Origin: Sedimentisphaerales bacterium
GTDB taxonomy: Bacteria; Planctomycetota; Phycisphaerae; Sedimentisphaerales; Anaerobacaceae
Direction: 5' to 3'
DNA: 64,000 bases
Assembly: GCA_963708075.1 (NCBI GenBank)
Contig: OY970194.1
Location: 6,144,001-6,208,000, forward strand
Made by a program: the position numbers and the translations under genes
Part shown: positions 32,019 to 42,016 of the stretch, in pieces
Position numbering within the stretch: the first letter of the stretch is position 1
Layout: the number at the start of each line of letters is the position of its first letter
Notes under the pieces: model-generated
Database searches by the model: none
Told to the model about the DNA's origin: nothing
The model's input: the letters and a program-made list of their open reading frames with translations, nothing else

Positions 32019-32723
32019 CTACGCGCCGCTCGCCTGTGCGTCGATGCACGACGGACGACCGGTTGACAACCCGACGGCCAGACTGACGCCGAACATCAGA
32101 AGATCCCAGGCCAAGGAGTCATTGCTCAACATGGAATGCCAGGTCGGACCGTAGTTTGGCGCCAGGAACCATGCCAGAAAGCTCAATGCCGACAGGAGGA
32201 TCAGTGGCACGGATCCGGTACGTCGCCAATGCGGCTTGGCCAGCGCGCCGATCAGCACGACCACCCACAGAATGACGCAGATTTGAAGAACGCCTCTGCG
32301 AACGAATTCGCTGAGCAGAAACTCGCGGGATTCCGGCTCGACGGGGATCTCTGTGCTATCAAGACCGTTGAATCCTGTAAGGATGTCATCACTAAACGTG
32401 AGGGCGAACGCGTACCCGCTGGCCGGATGGACATAGCGATACGTTCTTGTCGATGGCTGTGTATCCGAGGTGCTGTCAATCTCAGACAGGCTGCCGAATT
32501 GCCTTCTAAACTCATCGATGGAGACTCTCTGGAACAACGCGATCCGGACAAGGTCATCCGCCTCTCGGCCAAGCGCATCAGTGGCCTTGATCCGTGCGTC
32601 TCGCTCTCGGAATCGGCTATGTCTCAATTCGTTCAGGCGGGTCTTATAGGCGCCGACCATGACCGGGAGTGTTGCTGTCGCTACTACCAGGATTGTCAGC
32701 ACAAATGTATTTTGATTTCGCAT
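32019..32723 (-). CDS. Hypothetical membrane protein (1 N-terminal and 3 C-terminal TM helices)
   Basis: Hydrophobic segments; AAGGAGAG RBS upstream. Confidence 0.65.
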   Translation of the reverse strand: MRNQNTFVLTILVVATATLPVMVGAYKTRLNELRHSRFRERDARIKATDALGREADDLVRIALFQRVSIDEFRRQFGSLSEIDSTSDTQPSTRTYRYVHPASGYAFALTFSDDILTGFNGLDSTEIPVEPESREFLLSEFVRRGVLQICVILWVVVLIGALAKPHWRRTGSVPLILLSALSFLAWFLAPNYGPTWHSMLSNDSLAWDLLMFGVSLAVGLSTGRPSCIDAQASGA

Positions 32724-32986
32724 CCCAGTCTCTCCTTATATGCAACGCAGACGCCTGTGAATGCCCGATGCCGCAGCCGCAGTTTCCCGTTTGTAATACT
32801 CCACAAGTAACATTGTACCACCTTGGGGACCGGGCCACAAGTTCTCTGAACGCCTGTGTTCTGGGTGGTATCATGGGCCGGACCTGCAGGAAACGCACTG
32901 TCGCGGAAGTGAGGAGGAAGCTTTGCAAAGTCTCGATGGCGGGTTTAGAATATGGGCGATCTGAGCCGATTGAGTAATAGGACGCC

Positions 32987-34120
32987 ATGGAAGGCATGAA
33001 TACGTTTACGTACGAGTTTGAGCAGGGCCCGAACGGGCAGGCCCGGCTGGTCCTCAAGGGCAGGCTGGATAAGGATACCGCCGCATCGATCTGGCGGCAG
33101 AGCACGCAGAGCCTGCGCCAAGCCGAATCCGCCTTTCTGGTCGTTCAGGCCGGCGACGTGGAATACTGCGATGGCGCCGGCATCGCTCTGCTCGTAGAGT
33201 ACAAACGGATCCAGGAGCAGAACAAGGGGCGGATCGACATCCAGGGTCTGCGGCCTCAATTTCAGCAGTTGCTGGCCGTGTTCGAGATCGACCGCGTCAT
33301 ACCCCGGCCCTCCGCACCGGGATTTCTGCCGGGTTTCGTTCATTCGCTCGGCGTGCTGGCGGTTCGAATGGGCCGCGACTTCAAGGCCCAGGTGAATTTC
33401 ACGGGGGAGATCTCCGTCAAGCTCGTCAGGACGGTGCAACGTCCGGGCTCTCTTCGCTGGAAGGATATGTTCCTGATGGCCGAAAAGGCGGGAGCGAACG
33501 CGGTGGGCATCACTGCGCTGCTGGGCTTCCTGGTCGGCCTGATCATCGCCTTCCAATCGGCGGCGGCGCTGGAGGCTTTCGGCGCGGAGATCTTCGTGGC
33601 CGACCTGGTGGTCCTCATTCTTCTTCGCGAGCTGGGGCCGTTGATCACGGGCTTCATCCTGGCCAGCCGCAGCGGCTCGGCCTTTGCCGCCGAGATCGGA
33701 ACGATGAAGGTGAACGAGGAAATCGACGCCCTGACCACCATGGCCCTGGACCCGGTGCAGTACCTGGTCCTGCCCCGGATGATTGCGGCAATTCTCGTGA
33801 TGCCGCTCCTGACCGTGTTCAACGAGCTCTTCGGGCTCATCGGCTGCGGAGTGGTCATGGCCTCCTGGAACGTGCCGGTCGGGACGTACCTCGACAGAAT
33901 CAGGGAGGCGGCCACCCTGACGGACCTGTTCGGCGGCCTGGTCAAGACGCTCGTGTTCGGCACGCTGATCGCCGGCCTGGGCTGTCTTCGCGGCCTGCAA
34001 ACGGACACGGGCCCCAGTGCCGTGGGCGATTCCGCGACGCGGGCCGTCGTCAGCGGCATCATCGCAATCATTGTCGCCGACGGCGTCTTTGCCGTGGCAT
34101 ATTACTTCCTGGGGATATAG
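32987..34120 (+). CDS. mlaE: MlaE-family ABC permease with N-terminal STAS domain
   Basis: YCDGAGIALL STAS motif; RELGPLIT...RSGSAFAAEIGTMKVNEEIDAL. Confidence 0.92.
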   Translation: MEGMNTFTYEFEQGPNGQARLVLKGRLDKDTAASIWRQSTQSLRQAESAFLVVQAGDVEYCDGAGIALLVEYKRIQEQNKGRIDIQGLRPQFQQLLAVFEIDRVIPRPSAPGFLPGFVHSLGVLAVRMGRDFKAQVNFTGEISVKLVRTVQRPGSLRWKDMFLMAEKAGANAVGITALLGFLVGLIIAFQSAAALEAFGAEIFVADLVVLILLRELGPLITGFILASRSGSAFAAEIGTMKVNEEIDALTTMALDPVQYLVLPRMIAAILVMPLLTVFNELFGLIGCGVVMASWNVPVGTYLDRIREAATLTDLFGGLVKTLVFGTLIAGLGCLRGLQTDTGPSAVGDSATRAVVSGIIAIIVADGVFAVAYYFLGI

Positions 34121-34126
34121 CCGGCG

Positions 34127-34897
34127 ATGGTAGCCAACCGTGAACCCATCATTAAGGTAAAAGACCTGACCGCCGGGTACGGCGACACGGTCCTTCTCAA
34201 GGACATCAACTTTGAGGTCTATACCGGCGAGATCTTCGGCATTCTCGGCGGCTCCGGCAGCGGCAAGAGCACCGTGCTCAAGCACATGATCGGCTTGAAG
34301 CCGCCGCTGGGGGGAAGCGTGCTCATCGATGGGACGGATATCGTCACAGCCCAGGGGCAGGAGCAGGTCGATGTGCTCAAGAAGATCGGCGTTTCCTATC
34401 AGAGCGGCGCCCTCTTCGGTTCCCTGAACGCGCTTGAAAACGTCATGATCGTGCTGGAGGAATTCACGGACCTGCCCCACGACGCCATCGAGCTGATCGC
34501 CGAGATGAAGCTGAAGGCCGTCGGGCTGCAGGACGCCGCGTACAAGATGCCCGCGGAGCTGAGCGGCGGCATGAAGAAGCGGGCGGCCATCGCGCGGGCC
34601 CTGGCCATCGATCCGAAGGTCCTGTTTCTCGATGAGCCGTCGGCCGGCCTGGACCCGGTTACCTCGGCCCAGCTCGACCAGCTCATCCTGGACCTGTCGG
34701 AGAGCCTGCACATCACGTTTGTGATCGTCACGCACGAGCTGCCGAGCATTTTCGCCGTCACGGATCGGGTGATCATGCTGGACAAGGAGAGGAAGACGGC
34801 CATTGCCATTGGGGCGCCTGAAGAGCTTCGCGAGAGCGACGACCCGACGGTCTGGCGGTTCTTCAATCGGCAGCCTGCCGAGGTGAAGCGGACCTGA
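34127..34897 (+). CDS. mlaF: MlaF-family ABC ATP-binding protein
   Basis: GGSGSGKS, QSGALF, ELSGGMKKRAAIARA and FLDEPSAGLDP motifs. Confidence 0.92.
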   Translation: MVANREPIIKVKDLTAGYGDTVLLKDINFEVYTGEIFGILGGSGSGKSTVLKHMIGLKPPLGGSVLIDGTDIVTAQGQEQVDVLKKIGVSYQSGALFGSLNALENVMIVLEEFTDLPHDAIELIAEMKLKAVGLQDAAYKMPAELSGGMKKRAAIARALAIDPKVLFLDEPSAGLDPVTSAQLDQLILDLSESLHITFVIVTHELPSIFAVTDRVIMLDKERKTAIAIGAPEELRESDDPTVWRFFNRQPAEVKRT

Positions 34898-34936
34898 GTT
34901 TCTGTATGAACTGTGTTTCCTGTTGGATGGATGCAG

Positions 34937-36161
34937 ATGAGCACAAAACCGCATTATTTCCGGATCGGCATTTTTGTGATCTTCGCCGCGGCGCTGATCG
35001 TGATCGCGGTGATCCTGTTCGGGGCCGGGCTGCTCGCCCACGATGAGATGCACTTCGAGAACCTACTTCTCCGAGTCCATCACGGGCCTGACGATCGGCT
35101 CGGTAGTGGAGTTCCGGGGCGTGCGCATCGGGCAGATCGAGAGCATCGGATTCGTGGGCAATACCTACACCCTGTCGAAAGAGAAGGGGGGCATTTCCCA
35201 CTATGCTTCGTACGTTCGAGTGGTCAGTGGGGTGCCCCGGTCGAACCTGCCGGCTTTTGCCGCCGGACAAGTAGAAACCGTCCTGGGCCAAATGGTTGAC
35301 CGCGGCCTTCGCGCCCGCGTCGCGTCAAACCTCCTTACCGGGCAGGCTTATCTTGAGCTGAATTACCTCGATCCGAACCGATTCCCCGTCGAGCCGCTGC
35401 CGTGGGTGCCCAAGTATCTTCGCGTCCCCTCGGCGCCGAGCGAGTTCACCACGATGAAGGATTCCATCGACAGCATCCTGACCGAGCTGCAGGCGATCAA
35501 TGTGGAGGGACTGGCCAGATCGCTCGATGACGTGCTCACCTCGCTCAACAAGGTGATTACGGAGGCCAACGTGGCGGAGCTCAGCCGATACGCTCAGGCG
35601 TTTCTGATCGAGATCCGCGACAAGGCGGCGGCCCTGGAAATGGACAGGATCAACGAGGGAACACAGCAATTCATTGCATCCTTGAACTCGGCGGTCGCCG
35701 ACGCCAACATCCCGCAGTTGAGCCGGCAGGCCCGTGACGTGCTGAGCCACGCGGACCAGCAAATCACAGCGCTGGACCTGGAACGGATCAGGGGAGACAT
35801 CGAGCACCTGCTGGCCTCGCTGGAAGGGGCGGTGGCCGATGCCAATGTCCCTGCGCTGAGCCGGGAGACGCAGGGCCTGATGACGGACCTGCGCGAGACG
35901 AACAAGTACCTCAAGGACTTGCTGGCGCCGCGCGAGGGGGTCACAAGCCCGTCTAATGTTCCGGAGGTCGTGGCCCGGCTGAACCAGACCATAACGCAGT
36001 TGAACAGGATGCTCTCGACCGAGCGGCCGCAGATCGACGCCTTGCTGAACGAATTCCGGCAGATCGCCGAGAACCTGAGGGAATTAGTGGCGGCTCTGCG
36101 GGAGCAGCCGTCAAGCCTGCTCTTCGGCAAGCCGCCGCAGAAATCGGAGGTGTTAAAGTGA
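34937..36161 (+). CDS. mlaD: MCE/MlaD-family protein with long helical tail (one frameshift at about 35060)
   Basis: MSTKPHYFRIGIFV TM helix, then F-E-T-Y-F-S-E-S-I-T-G-L...GSVVEFRGVRIGQI after removing one A; C-terminal QPSSLLFG. Confidence 0.85.
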
Positions 36162-36784
36162 ATCGTCGAATGAATGTGCTTGTGTATCTCGCGACAATCC
36201 TTTTGGGCATAGTTGTTGGCGGGTGCGGCCAGAGCACGACAACACAGGAGTATTTCATCCTGGAGGCGTCCCGGAAAGCCGCGCCGATTGCGGCTCCCGT
36301 GGACGCGACGCTCGAAATCCGCCGGCTCACCATCAATTCGGCCTTTGCCACGAAGAAGCTGATCTACCGTACCGGCGAGTTTCAGTATGAGCCCGACTTC
36401 TACCGCGAATTCCTGATCTCCCCGGGCCCGATGATCGCGGAGCACACGCGCCGGTGGCTGGCCGACTCGGGGTTATTCACACAGGTCCTGCCGTCAACCA
36501 GCCAGATCACGGCCACGTACACCCTCGAAGGGACCATTTCTGCCCTGTACGGCGATTTCCGCGATGAATCCGCCCCGGTAGCCGTCCTGGAGATTCGCTA
36601 TTTTCTCATCGATCGCAGGACCCCCGACGGCGCGGTCGTCTTCTCGAAGTCTTACCGCGCCACGAGCCCGATCCTGGTCAGAACGGTGCAGGCCCTCATG
36701 GACGCCCTGAGCAAGGACCTCGCCGACATCTTGACCCGCTTGGAAGCCGACCTGCAGAAGGCGCTTGCCGGGGAACTGAAATGA
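36158..36784 (+). CDS. ABC-transport auxiliary lipoprotein (PqiC-like)
   Basis: Lipobox VGGC; last gene of the mla operon; LADSGLF and YTLEG motifs. Confidence 0.8.
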   Translation: MNRRMNVLVYLATILLGIVVGGCGQSTTTQEYFILEASRKAAPIAAPVDATLEIRRLTINSAFATKKLIYRTGEFQYEPDFYREFLISPGPMIAEHTRRWLADSGLFTQVLPSTSQITATYTLEGTISALYGDFRDESAPVAVLEIRYFLIDRRTPDGAVVFSKSYRATSPILVRTVQALMDALSKDLADILTRLEADLQKALAGELK

Positions 36785-37245
36785 CAGGGGAGTGAGCCCT
36801 CTTGCCATGTCTCTTGCCTGGCTGGCTGCGCTCGACGTCACAGAGCCTCTGCTCGGATCGCCGGCAGACACAATAGCGCCCCATCCCATCCCCAGTCCTG
36901 AATGCTGAAGATTTCTATTGGCGTCGTTGCGAGCACCTTTGTAGGATACCGTCCGACGAGGTTGACTACGAACGCTTACAGAGAGGCATGCAATCTTGAT
37001 GCACATCATGATGGTTTCGCTGTAGGTTCGCGACGGTCGGGCCAGGCCCGACCCCGGATCGGTCCACTATCTGAAAGAGGCGTGTTGTGGATGGCGACGG
37101 AGGCTCGAACGCTATCAGACTGACGGTGCTCTCGCCTGAGCCACCGAGCCGATCGTCGCCGGATGCGGGCGACATCGACCCGGGCGTGCTTACTCCCTGT
37201 CAGCCGGAGAGTCTCCGGTCGCTTGGAGGTCTGTTCAGAGAAGCA

Positions 37246-40200
37246 ATGATGAAGACTCAACGCATGTCTTCTGTTCTCATCGCTATCTGGCTTGGCGTGT
37301 CCGCTATCGCCCAGGGAACGCCCAGCGTGAGTTCCGTTGCCCCCAGCTCCGGCGTGCAGGGGAAAGGCTATACGGTCGTGCTCACCGGGTCCGGGTTTAC
37401 GGGCACCACCATCGTGAGCTTCGGGCCGGGTATCGCAGTCGATGACTTCACCGTGGACAGCGACACGCGGATCACGGCGCAGATGACCATAGCTCAGTCG
37501 GCAGCGACGGGATGGCGGACCGTGACGGTGACGACTGGGGCGGGCCCTGGCAAGCGGTCGAACGGCTTCCGGGTGGACTCCGCGGCACCTCAGATAAGCT
37601 CTGTAATGCCCTCCTCCGGCGTGCAGGCCGAAAGCTGTACGGTCGTACTCACCGGGTCCAATTTCACCGGTGCCACGACGGTCAGCTTCGGGGACGGGAT
37701 CACCGTCAACGACTCTACGGTGGACAACGATACGCAAATCACGCTACAGATAACCATAGGACAGGCGGCGGAGACGGGCTGGCGGACTGTGACAGTAGCG
37801 ACCCCGTCGTTTACCGGCAAGCGGTCGAATGGCTTCCGGGTGGACTCCGGGGCGCCTTTGATAAGCTCCATCGAACCCTCCTTTGGCGAGCAGGCGGAAA
37901 ACTACACAGTGTTGCTCACTGGGTCCAAGTTCACAGGCGCTACAAGCGTGAGCTTCGGGGCGGGAATCACGGTCGATGACTTCACGGTGGACAACGATAC
38001 ACAGATCACGGTACAGGTGACTGTAGGGCAGGCGGCGGCGACAGGCTGGCGAACTGTGACGGTGACGACCTCGCTGTTTACCGGCACGCGGTCGAATGGC
38101 TTTCGCGTGGACTCCGCGGCGCCTTTGATAAGCTCTGTCGATCCCTCCTTTGGCGAGCAGGCGGAAAACTACACAGTGTTGCTCACTGGGTCCAAGTTCA
38201 CAGGTGCTACAAGCGTGAGCTTTGGGGCGGGAATCACGGTCGACGACTTCACGGTGGACAGCGATACACAGATCACGGTACAGGTGACTGTAGGGCAGGC
38301 GGCGGCGACAGGCTGGCGAACTGTGACGGTGACGACCCCGCTGTTTACCGGCACGCGGTCGAACGGCTTTCGCGTGGACTCCGGGGCGCCTCTGATAAGC
38401 TCGGTCGAGCCCTCCTTTGGCGAGCAGGGGGAAAGTTATACGATCTTGCTTGCGGGGTCCAATTTCACAGACGCTGTGAGCGTGACCTTTGGAACCGGCA
38501 TCGACGTCAGCAGCGTCACAGTGAATAGCGATGCGCAGATCACGGTGCAGATAGTCGTAGGGCAGGTGGCGGCGACGGGCTGGCGAACTGTGACGGTGAT
38601 GACTCCCTTGTTCAGCGGCGCGCGATCCAACGGCTTTCGGGTGGACCCCGGCAGTGTCCCTGTTTCTCCTCCGACCGTGTCGACCAGTCCTGCCACCGGC
38701 GTTGAGGACGCCGGTGCGACGCTAAATGGCCAACTCAATGCCGATGGCGGCCAGGCCTGTGAGTACCGGTTCAGGTACAGAAAGTCCGGCGGCGCCTATA
38801 GTTACACCTCGTGGGCGGGATCGGTCACGAGCGGGCAATCCTTCAGCGAAACGCTCAACAGTCTGGAGGCCGGGGCTGCGTACTTCTTTGCCGCCCAGGC
38901 GAGGAATTCGGCCGGAGAGGGCGACTGGGGCGCCGAACTGAGCTTCACTACCGCTGCTCCACCTGTCAAGGCTCCCACTGTGACCACAACAGAGGCCGTG
39001 AATGTCGATTCGACCTCGGCGACGCTATCCGGTTGTGTTGATAGCGACGGTGGTGAGGCCTGCGGGTATCGATTCTCCTACTATCCCCTGCACCTTGGCC
39101 CTGGCGCACAGATGGAAACGGACTGGGAATGCTGTGCCGGCACGGGCCAGGCCTTCACCTGCACAGTCACCGGCTTGACTCCCGCCACACAGTACTGCTT
39201 CGTCGCTGAAGCCAGGAACTCCGCCGGTGCTGCAACGGGCGGACGAGTGAGTTTCACCACGATCAGGGCGCCGGCACTGACCATTTCCTCCACAGCGGGC
39301 GGGGCAGTCGTCGAACCCGGCGAAGGGGTATTCTCATATGCGGGGATAGCTGTGGTCGAGGTGGAAGCGGTGCCGGGCCCTCACTGCAGATTTCAGGGCT
39401 GGACCGGATCGGCTGTGGAGGCAGGCAAGACAGACAACCCGGATGCGGCGACGAACATGGTGACGGTGGATGACTCCTACGCGATCAGGGCGCATTTCGT
39501 CAGCCTGCTCGATGTGATCCACGTGGATGAAGATGCCCGAGACGATCCGGGGCCGAGCGATCCGACTATCAGCGATCCGAACGAGGACGGCACCGAGCAG
39601 CACCCGTTCGATTCAGTCCAGGAGGCAATCGAGGTGGCACGTGACACGGTGCGGGTCCTGGTGCACGAGGGGGTCTATCGGGAAAACGTGGACCTGCTGG
39701 GCAGGAGGATTACGGTCGAGGGCTTATGGCTGACGGACCCGAATGTGCTCACAATGCCGGTGATCGAAGGTGTGGGCGGCGGGCCTGTGCTTCGATTTGC
39801 CAAGGGTGAGAACCTCAACTGTCAATTGGCAGGTCTGGTCATCACGAGTGCCCCGCACATCCGGACTGCGGCGATCGAATGCAAGGGGACCAGTCCCATG
39901 ATCGCACACTGCATTGTCGCCGGCCACCGGGCCGCCGCCGACGGCGGAGCCGCGATGGTGTTTGAGGGCTGTAGCGGCGTCCTGGTCAATTGCACGATCA
40001 CAGGAAATGGGGCTGACGCGGGCGGGGCGGTGATCCGCTGTACCGGGAGCTCCGGCCTGACATTGATCAACTCCATTCTATGGGGCAACACCGGGCCAGT
40101 CCTGCAGGCAAGGGACGGCAAGATGCCCCTCATATCTTACTGCGATCTGCAGGAGGCGGTGGCCGGGATCGGGAACATCAGCGTCAATCCGCTTTTCGCC

Positions 40201-40461
40201 GATGCCGGCGGTTGGGACAGCAAGGGCACTCCTGCCAACGCCGATGACGACGTGTGGATTATGGGCGACTACCATCTGATGACCAGGCGGGGCCGGTTCC
40301 GGCCGGAGTACGGGGTCTGGATCCTCGATGAGGCGGGCAGCCCGTGCATTGATGCGGGCGATCCGAGCTACCCCTGGCTCGCGGAGCCTTGGCCCAACGG
40401 CGAACGAGTCAATATGGGCGCTTATGGCGGGACCTGGCAGGCGAGTTCCTCCAGCCAGTAA
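37246..40461 (+). CDS. Large secreted protein: 5x IPT/TIG-like repeats, 2x FN3-like, B-repeat-like and beta-helix domains
   Basis: Signal peptide; 89-aa repeats ending RSNGFRVD; Y(F/C)FxAxARNSAG FN3-like motifs; HPFDSVQEAI; GDYHL...SPCIDAGDP...NMGAYGGT. Confidence 0.85.
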   Translation: MMKTQRMSSVLIAIWLGVSAIAQGTPSVSSVAPSSGVQGKGYTVVLTGSGFTGTTIVSFGPGIAVDDFTVDSDTRITAQMTIAQSAATGWRTVTVTTGAGPGKRSNGFRVDSAAPQISSVMPSSGVQAESCTVVLTGSNFTGATTVSFGDGITVNDSTVDNDTQITLQITIGQAAETGWRTVTVATPSFTGKRSNGFRVDSGAPLISSIEPSFGEQAENYTVLLTGSKFTGATSVSFGAGITVDDFTVDNDTQITVQVTVGQAAATGWRTVTVTTSLFTGTRSNGFRVDSAAPLISSVDPSFGEQAENYTVLLTGSKFTGATSVSFGAGITVDDFTVDSDTQITVQVTVGQAAATGWRTVTVTTPLFTGTRSNGFRVDSGAPLISSVEPSFGEQGESYTILLAGSNFTDAVSVTFGTGIDVSSVTVNSDAQITVQIVVGQVAATGWRTVTVMTPLFSGARSNGFRVDPGSVPVSPPTVSTSPATGVEDAGATLNGQLNADGGQACEYRFRYRKSGGAYSYTSWAGSVTSGQSFSETLNSLEAGAAYFFAAQARNSAGEGDWGAELSFTTAAPPVKAPTVTTTEAVNVDSTSATLSGCVDSDGGEACGYRFSYYPLHLGPGAQMETDWECCAGTGQAFTCTVTGLTPATQYCFVAEARNSAGAATGGRVSFTTIRAPALTISSTAGGAVVEPGEGVFSYAGIAVVEVEAVPGPHCRFQGWTGSAVEAGKTDNPDAATNMVTVDDSYAIRAHFVSLLDVIHVDEDARDDPGPSDPTISDPNEDGTEQHPFDSVQEAIEVARDTVRVLVHEGVYRENVDLLGRRITVEGLWLTDPNVLTMPVIEGVGGGPVLRFAKGENLNCQLAGLVITSAPHIRTAAIECKGTSPMIAHCIVAGHRAAADGGAAMVFEGCSGVLVNCTITGNGADAGGAVIRCTGSSGLTLINSILWGNTGPVLQARDGKMPLISYCDLQEAVAGIGNISVNPLFADAGGWDSKGTPANADDDVWIMGDYHLMTRRGRFRPEYGVWILDEAGSPCIDAGDPSYPWLAEPWPNGERVNMGAYGGTWQASSSSQ
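37321..38650 (+). repeat. Five intragenic tandem repeats of about 267 bp
   Basis: Units 3 and 4 (about 37853-38119 and 38120-38386) are nearly identical at DNA level. Confidence 0.9.
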
Positions 40462-40566
40462 TCCCGGCCGGCCCGGTTGCACGCTCGTGAGGAAAGGTGG
40501 GCAATGCTGTGCCCTCGCAGCGCCTTGCGGCTTCTATCTCCAGATAACGTGGGAGAAGGAACTGGC

Positions 40567-41067
40567 TCAGAATACGCCCTCGACGTAATCGTCCTGGTGG
40601 AACATCTCCGCGTTCTCCAGGAAGGTCTCCGGACGGGCCACGAAGCTGCGGATATTGTCCACGATGATCCAATGCTTGTGCTCCTCGGCAGCCAGCTTCC
40701 TGAAAACCTCCTTCTGGGCCGGGTCTTCCACCTCTTCGGCCCTGTCCAGGTAGAACCGCTCGCTCTCCTCTTCGATGTCGCAGGCCTTTCGGTACAGGTC
40801 CGCTTCAGTGATGTTGAAATCGAATTTCCTGCTGGAGCCGCGCATTTTCTCAAAGATCTCTCTGGCATGTGTGAGGATCGGGGTCTCGGAGATCGCGTGG
40901 GGCGCCTCGGCTTCCATATGCTGCACGACGTGATAGTGCTTCACCTCCTCATCGGCCAGCATGGTGAAGATGTTCCTGAGGCCTGCGTAGTTCGTTCTAT
41001 TCGCCAGATCGCGGTAGAACTGCTCGCTGTACTTCTCTTTTTCCAAGGCGAACTGAAAGATATCCAT
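40567..41067 (-). CDS. Ferritin-like / rubrerythrin family protein
   Basis: Two E...FY...LAxEExKH repeats (LADEEVKH, LAAEEHKH). Confidence 0.9.
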   Translation of the reverse strand: MDIFQFALEKEKYSEQFYRDLANRTNYAGLRNIFTMLADEEVKHYHVVQHMEAEAPHAISETPILTHAREIFEKMRGSSRKFDFNITEADLYRKACDIEEESERFYLDRAEEVEDPAQKEVFRKLAAEEHKHWIIVDNIRSFVARPETFLENAEMFHQDDYVEGVF

Positions 41068-41258
41068 GAGTCGTCCTTTCTATCGTAGACAGGCTGCTGC
41101 TGGTCGTCCCGGCCGGTCCACGGTCGATCAACGGGGGCCCGCCGGTTGTTTCTACTGCCCCGCGGCCCTCGGGTTCTATGAAAGCGGCCCGTTTCGCGGA
41201 GGAGCACCAGGTCCTATAATAGAGAAAACAGAACGTCTGCATTGCCGGGGGTGCAAAC

Positions 41259-41738
41259 ATGGGCATCAGAAGTATCATCCGACTCATCGTCGCGTGTGCG
41301 GTCAGTCTATCGGCGGGCCTGATTGGCTCACTGGTCGTGGCCGACAGCTTCACGACGTGGTACTCCGCCATTGAAAAACCGGCGTTCATGCCGCCGAACT
41401 GGGTTTTTGGCCCGGTTTGGACGGTCCTGTACCTGCTTATGGGGATCGCCGCATTTCTGGTCTGGCGGAAAGGGCTCCGGGTGCCCGCAGTCCGAGTTGC
41501 CCTGGCGTGGTTCCTTGTCCAACTCGTGCTCAACGCATCGTGGACGCCGGTGTTCTTCGGTCTGCACCGCATAGATATTGCCCTGATCGTGATTGTGCTG
41601 CTCTGGGCGGCCATCGTGACCACCATGGCCTACTGTCTGAGGGTCTCCAGGCCTGCAGCCGTTCTCCTTGTCCCGTACCTCCTCTGGGTGTCCTTTGCGG
41701 CGGTCTTGAATGCCTCGATCTGGTATCTGAATCGCTGA
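41259..41738 (+). CDS. tspO: TspO/MBR tryptophan-rich sensory protein
   Basis: WY..IEKP.F.PPNWVFGPVWTVLY...LNASWTPVFFG...PYLLWVSFA. Confidence 0.95.
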   Translation: MGIRSIIRLIVACAVSLSAGLIGSLVVADSFTTWYSAIEKPAFMPPNWVFGPVWTVLYLLMGIAAFLVWRKGLRVPAVRVALAWFLVQLVLNASWTPVFFGLHRIDIALIVIVLLWAAIVTTMAYCLRVSRPAAVLLVPYLLWVSFAAVLNASIWYLNR

Positions 41739-41789
41739 GAGATGACAGTGTCCTCTGCGAAAAAATTTTTCTTTGCGAGAAATTGTGCT

Positions 41790-41816
41790 TGACACTCTGC
41801 GAGGCAACTGTATGCT
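41790..41816 (+). promoter_or_regulatory. Putative sigma70 promoter upstream of the cyclase leader
   Basis: TTGACA at 41790 followed by TGTATGCT (extended -10-like); spacing is shorter than canonical. Confidence 0.4.
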
Positions 41817-41950
41817 TTAAGAGGTCTGCTGAAGAGCAGATGGCATCAGCCGATGGTTCGGTGGATGCAACTTTTGCGAACCGGAATCCAGTGAAGGACG
41901 TAAGAGTTTCGACGGGCGCCAATGGGGTGCCCGGAAATTGAGAACACCAC

Positions 41951-42005
41951 AAGCCCCTGCGTAGTCTCGCTTCCTCTCCCTCCGCACCGCAGGGGCTTTG
42001 CTTTT
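41951..42005 (+). terminator. Terminator-like hairpin directly upstream of the diadenylate cyclase start
   Basis: AAGCCCCTGCG...CGCAGGGGCTT stem followed by TGCTTTT. Confidence 0.6.
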
Positions 42006-42016
42006 GGTGCCGGAAT

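Noticed and set aside
41893..41950. tmRNA-like 5' motif (GGACGTAAGAGTTTCGACGGG) or ydaO riboswitch
   Set aside because: No tRNA-like 3' end or tag ORF, the region is too short, and conserved ydaO blocks are not recognisable.
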